DNA of 64,000 nt, taken from Mobula hypostoma. Its lineage: Eukaryota. The position numbers and the translations under genes were made by a program. The DNA is taken from positions 82,646,001 through 82,710,000 of the forward strand of contig NC_086098.1 of assembly GCF_963921235.1 (NCBI RefSeq). Direction: 5' to 3'. Positions 59,040 to 64,000 of this stretch are shown here, in pieces; position 1 is the stretch's first letter, and every line of letters begins with the position of its first letter. The notes below the pieces were generated by a model that was not told where the DNA came from, made no database searches, and worked only from the letters and a program-made list of their open reading frames with translations.

Positions 59040-61812
59040 AGCAGTGGGTCGCTACAGCGAAGAAGAGTTTTGGCCAGCGGCCAACCTGGACATCTGAGGT
59101 TTTGAGAGGAGGCAGACTTCAATTAGGTTCACTGCCCCAGTACAAAAGGCAGCAGCGGGTGGCTACAGCATAACAAGAGCTTTGACCAGTGACCAATCGG
59201 CACTGGGATTGATTGATGGGAGGTGGGGCAAGCACAGCAGCTGTCCTCTGAGTGGACAGAGTCAAGACTGGTGATCTTGAGGCTAAAGCTCTTTGAGGCT
59301 TTAGTGAAGAGAGGCATCAGTCAGAGAAAGCAAAGGAAAGAAAAGCTGAAGGTTTTTTTCCCCCTTCTTTATATCTGGGATGTGGGAAGGCAGTGAGACC
59401 TCTGGTGTCCCTGATGACTACAACTGCAAGGTGTATCCAGCTGCAGCTTCTAACAAACTGTGTTAAGGAGTTGGAGCTGGAACTGCATGAATCTGAATCA
59501 TCTAGGAGGCTGTGGGGGTGATAGAACATGTAGAGAGGTAGTAACACTCAAGGTGCAGGACACAGGAAACTGGGTGACAGTCAGGAAAGGAAAAGAGGTT
59601 ATGAAATCAGGGCAGAATACCCCTATGGCCATCCCCCTCATCAATAGGTATATTAATTATTATTTTGGATACCATTTGGGGAGATGACCTAACAGAGGAA
59701 AGTCACAGTGGTCAGATCTTTGGCACTGAGTCTGCCTCTGACTCAGAAGGGAAGTGAGAAGAAGAGACACACTGTGGTGATAGGTGATTTGTTAGGGGAA
59801 TGGACAGGAGGTTCTGTGCTTGAAAATGACAATCCTGGATGATATTTTGCCTCCATATGCTAGTGGCTAGTGAGGCCAAAATTAGGAAGATTATACAGTT
59901 TAATACGTAGCTAAGGAATTGGTGTAGGAGGGAGGGCATAAGAATTTTGGATCATTGGGCTTTCTTCCAGGGAAGGGAGATTCTGTACAGAAGAGATGGC
60001 TGGCACCTGAACTGGATGGGTCTAATATCCAAGCAGGAAGGTTTGTTAATGTGGGAAGGTGGGGATTGCGAATATCCGGTTGGTGCTGCATTCCAGGAGG
60101 GGAACTTTCTGGAGTGCCCTCGAGATTGCCTTTTAGAGCAGCTTGTGGTTGAGCCCACCAGACGACCAGCTATTCTGCAGTGGCTGTTGAATAATGAACC
60201 AGAATTGATTAGAGGGCTTCAGGTAAAAGAACCCTTTGGGGAAAGTGATCATAGTATGATCAAATTAACCTTGAAATTTGAGAAGGAGAAGGTAAGGTCA
60301 GATGTATCAGTATTACAGTGGAGTAATGGGAATTGCAGAGGCATGAAAGAAGAGATGGCCAGAAATGATTGGGGAAAAAGAACTGCCAGGTATGGTGGTG
60401 GAGCAGCAGTGGCTAGAACTTCCAGAAGCAATTTGGAAGGCACAGGATATATACACCCCAAAGAGGAAGAAGTATTCTAAAGGAAAGATGATATAACTGT
60501 GGCTAACAATGAGGTTTCAGGGTACTTGGAGATATATGATAAAATAGCCTGTAATCAGCATCATTTCCTCATGGGGAAATCTTGCCTGACAAATCTGTTG
60601 GAATTCTTTGGAGAAATATCAAGCAGGATAGATAAAAGAGAATCTGTTGATGTTGTGTACTTGGATTTTCAGAAGGATTTTGAAAAGTTGCCACAACATG
60701 AGGATGTTTATCAAGCTACAAGCCTTACAAGAAAGATTCTAGCATGGATAAAGCAGTGACTGATTGGCAGGAAGCAAAGAGTGGGAATAAAGCGAGCCTT
60801 TTCTGGTTGGCTGCCAGTGACTAGTGGTGTTCCACAGGGGTCTGTGTAGGGACTGATTCTCTTACATTTGTATGTTGATGGTTTGAACGGAATTGATGGT
60901 TTGTTGCAAAGTTTGCAGACGATGTGAGGATAAGTGGCGAGGCAGGTAGTTTTGAGGAAATAGAGCAGCTACAGAGTGGCTTAGATTGGGAAAATGGACA
61001 AAGAAATGGCAGATGGAATACAGTGTCAGGAAGTGCATGGTCAGGAAGTTTGGTAGAAGGAATGCAAGAAACTAGTTTCTAAATGGAGAGAAAATACTGA
61101 AAGCTGAGGCGCAAAATGACATGGGAGTCCTTGTGCAGGGTTCATTAAATGTTAATTTGCAGCTTAAGTCTGTGGTAAGGAAGGCAAATGAAATGTTAGC
61201 ATTCATTTCAAGGGGACTAATACCAAGCATGTAATGTTGAAATTTTATACAGTATTGGTGAGGCCTCACTTAGAGTATTGTGAGCAGTTTTGGGCCCCTT
61301 ATCTCAGAAGGGATGTGCTGAAACTGGAGAGGGTTCAAAGGAGGTTCACAAAAATGATTCCAGGATTGAATGGCTTGTCATGTGAAGAGTATTTGATGGC
61401 TCTGGGCCTGTATTCATTAGAATTCAGAAGAATGAGGAGTGACCTGATTAAAACCTATCGAATGTTGAAAGGCCTTGGTGGAATGGATGTGGAAATGGTG
61501 GGAGAGCCTAAGACCAGAGGACACAGCCTCAGGATAGAGGGCTGTCCTTTTAGAACAGAGATGAGGAAGAAGTTCTTTAGCCAGAGAATGGTGAATATGT
61601 GAAATTCTTTGGCACAGGCAGCTGTGGAGGCCAAGTCATTATGTATATTTAAAGCAGAGATTGATAGATTTTTGATTGGTCAGGGCATGAAGAGATATGG
61701 GGAGAAAGCAGGAGACTGGGGCTGAGAGGAAAATTGGATCAGTTACGATGAAACGGCAGAGCAGACTTGATGGACCAAATGGCCTAATTCTGCTCCTGTA
61801 CCTTATGGTTTT
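59040..61812 (+). mobile_element. CR1 LINE retaining both ends but with large internal deletions; same family as 9140-14118
   Basis: 5' UTR ctgagtggaca.agtca...ctctttgaggct shared with 9147-9198; ORF1, EN (GESDHSMI) and RT (KSCLTNLLEFF, YLDFQK, LVRPHLEYC) remnants; 3' tail. Confidence 0.9.
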
Positions 61813-63164
61813 ATACTCTTAAATTGTTTTTATCTAAGGTGGAAATTCCTAGGGATTAGAGGAGCAAATTGTTCATTGAACGCATGGGGAATATTTTATT
61901 TTACTCACAGATGCACGCAGTATTCTGTGTAACACTGTTAATTGCTGAATGTAAAGTTAAAGCTTGAAGCAAATATTTACCCTCTTGTATAATTTTAAAA
62001 TGCTTTGAGTGCATAGATATATTGATCTTTAAGCATGTTTGTATTTAACATTTTTAGAGGCATCACCAATTCAGTACAGGAATTTTTACATAGATCTAAA
62101 TAGTTAAATCTGCTACTAAATTGATTACTTTCTCTTCCTAATTGTTCAGTGTCTTGGTTTGAACTTTGAGCTTTGAAAAAGTAGCTCTCAAAGATTGCTT
62201 CATAAACCTGTTTTTATTCCCCCCTTTGGTCACCACCTGATATTTCTTTTATGGCTTGTTGTCTGATTTTTTTTTAACATATCTCATAACACTCCCATGA
62301 AATGCCTTGTATATCTTTGCTATGTTAACTATGAAAGGATGGAAATTCAAACTAACTTGGAATTGTGTTGTTTGAGATTAATTTTGATCATCAGTTAGTA
62401 GGACTTAATTTTTTCAAAATTTGTCTCCTTGCATAAATTTATTATTTAGCTAAAACATTTTATCAAATGTTAGGAAAAACTTGTGGATCAAATGCATATG
62501 TTTAACCAAACTATTCCCAGTTTTGTGAGAGTTCATTATTTTAAGACAATTCTATTTCTATTGAAAACACTGAGAAGTTTGATATTTAGTGAGGACAGTA
62601 CATTTTGGGCTGCTGGTCTGCTTTTGTTTTGCTGATTCAGAGGAGCTGTTATAATTTGACTGAGGATGAGGAGTTTATCTTGGTTACACTGCCTTCAAAA
62701 TTTCTAGTAGAAGGAGACAAAATGTTATACTCCTACAGTTATCTCCTGTGGAACTGCTTATTTGTGCATCATGACTACAGCTACCACCTCGTTTGAATCT
62801 GATTTGAAGTCTTACAAGCTCCATGGCAGATAAACCAAGGTAGCTTTGCCAGTAAAATCTTTTTATTCAGGGCTGTGGATTTTCCCATGCTACTACTCAG
62901 CCACTATACCAATATACTGTAAAGGTTTTCTGTGTATTTGTAGAATGATTTCTGATCTACCCCCTCCAGCCTGCACACCTGAGTTACCATTTCTGGTGGG
63001 TTTGACCTAGTCCTGGGACTAAATGTACAGTACCTGGAAATTGAAGTGGAGGAGCTTGAAACATAGTCCAACTTGCTGATGGTCTTAGGCTGTTGCTTGA
63101 CTAGCTTGTGGGATAGTTTTTCAGTTTGGGTACCTAACCCCTGATGTTTGTGACTTTGTCATGT

Positions 63165-63585
63165 TTAGAACGTAGAAGACTTACAAAACTTTGATCTACA
63201 ATATTTTGCCAACCCTTTAACCTATTCCAAGATCAATCTGACCCTTCCCTCCCACATCGCCCTTCATTTTTCTTTCATCCATAGGCCTATCTGAGAGTTT
63301 CTTGTATGCCCCTAATGTGTCTGCTTCTACCACCACCCCAACAACATATTCTATGCACTTGCCAATGTGTTTAAAAAGAAAAATATTACTTTGGAAATCT
63401 TTCTCCCTTTTTTTCCCTCCAAGCTTCTTAAAGTTAAGCCCCCTCATGTTAGCCATTTCTGACTTGGGGACTCTATCAAGTCACCTCTCATCATCCTTCA
63501 CTCCAAAAAGAAAGGCCCTGGCTCTCTCACCCTATGCTCATTAGACATGCACTCTGGTATACCTCCTCTGCATCCTTTTTAAAGC
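63165..63585 (-). mobile_element. Old CR1 3' fragment
   Basis: EMANMRG..FK and VVEADTLG..K motifs on the minus strand; tail near 63165. Confidence 0.7.
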
Positions 63586-64000
63586 TTTGAAAATTTTGAA
63601 TTTAATGCCTTGGTTGATGCCATGTTGTTGGTCCAGTTGTGTTTTATCATTAAAAATGTTGTAATAACTGTATAACTGAGGCCACTTCACAGTCTATTGA
63701 AGAGCCAAAATTTATGAAGTTGCAGATAGTGTAGAGGTCTTGGGTAAAGAAATGGACATTGGTGAACTAGATGTTTTTTTTGCCATGAGCTAGTAGTTTT
63801 CATGATTACCAATATTACATCTAATTGGAATATTCCCTTCTCCCAAATTCTAGATTTTCAAAACAATTTTTGAAAATAGTTTCAAAATATGAAATTGTGG
63901 TACTATTTTTTTTACACCAATCCTCTTGAAATAAAAACTAGTTTTCCATTAAGAGGTGGGGAGAGGGGAAGAAACACATTGTTTTCTGAAATAAAACCAT

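Overview
Repeat-rich vertebrate genomic DNA. The repeat families (CR1, V-SINE, Rex/Babar, Penelope-like) suggest a cartilaginous fish, probably a ray or skate; this is an inference. Two protein-coding genes can be read directly, both on the minus strand. NTPCR has 5 coding exons, join 18558-18525, 6639-6477, 6383-6278, 5443-5234, 4788-4708, giving 197 aa with intact Walker A/B motifs and a CpG promoter with CRE, GC-box and NRF1 sites. MAP10/KIAA1383 is intronless (53105-50340, 921 aa). MAP10 shares a CpG-island, probably bidirectional promoter with a plus-strand first exon (donor at 53828) whose gene is not identified; SIPA1L2 is a guess from human synteny. The rest is mostly layered mobile DNA: near-full-length and truncated CR1 LINEs, Rex1/Babar LINE pieces, tRNA-derived SINEs, Penelope-like elements with a GIY-YIG remnant, Tc1-, hAT- and pogo-type MITEs, and an internally deleted Gypsy element. 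The most notable observations are: (1) minimal hammerhead ribozyme motifs in the Penelope-like terminal repeats, plus fold-back derivatives of those repeats; (2) seven CCAAT-type boxes spaced 31-33 bp apart in the MAP10 promoter; (3) a 114-bp copy of the NTPCR intron3/exon4 acceptor fused to a LINE tail in intron 4; (4) a composite transposon bounded by two complete ~67-bp mini-MITEs. I found no clearly unprecedented gene system, and most small ORFs in the track are LINE debris.
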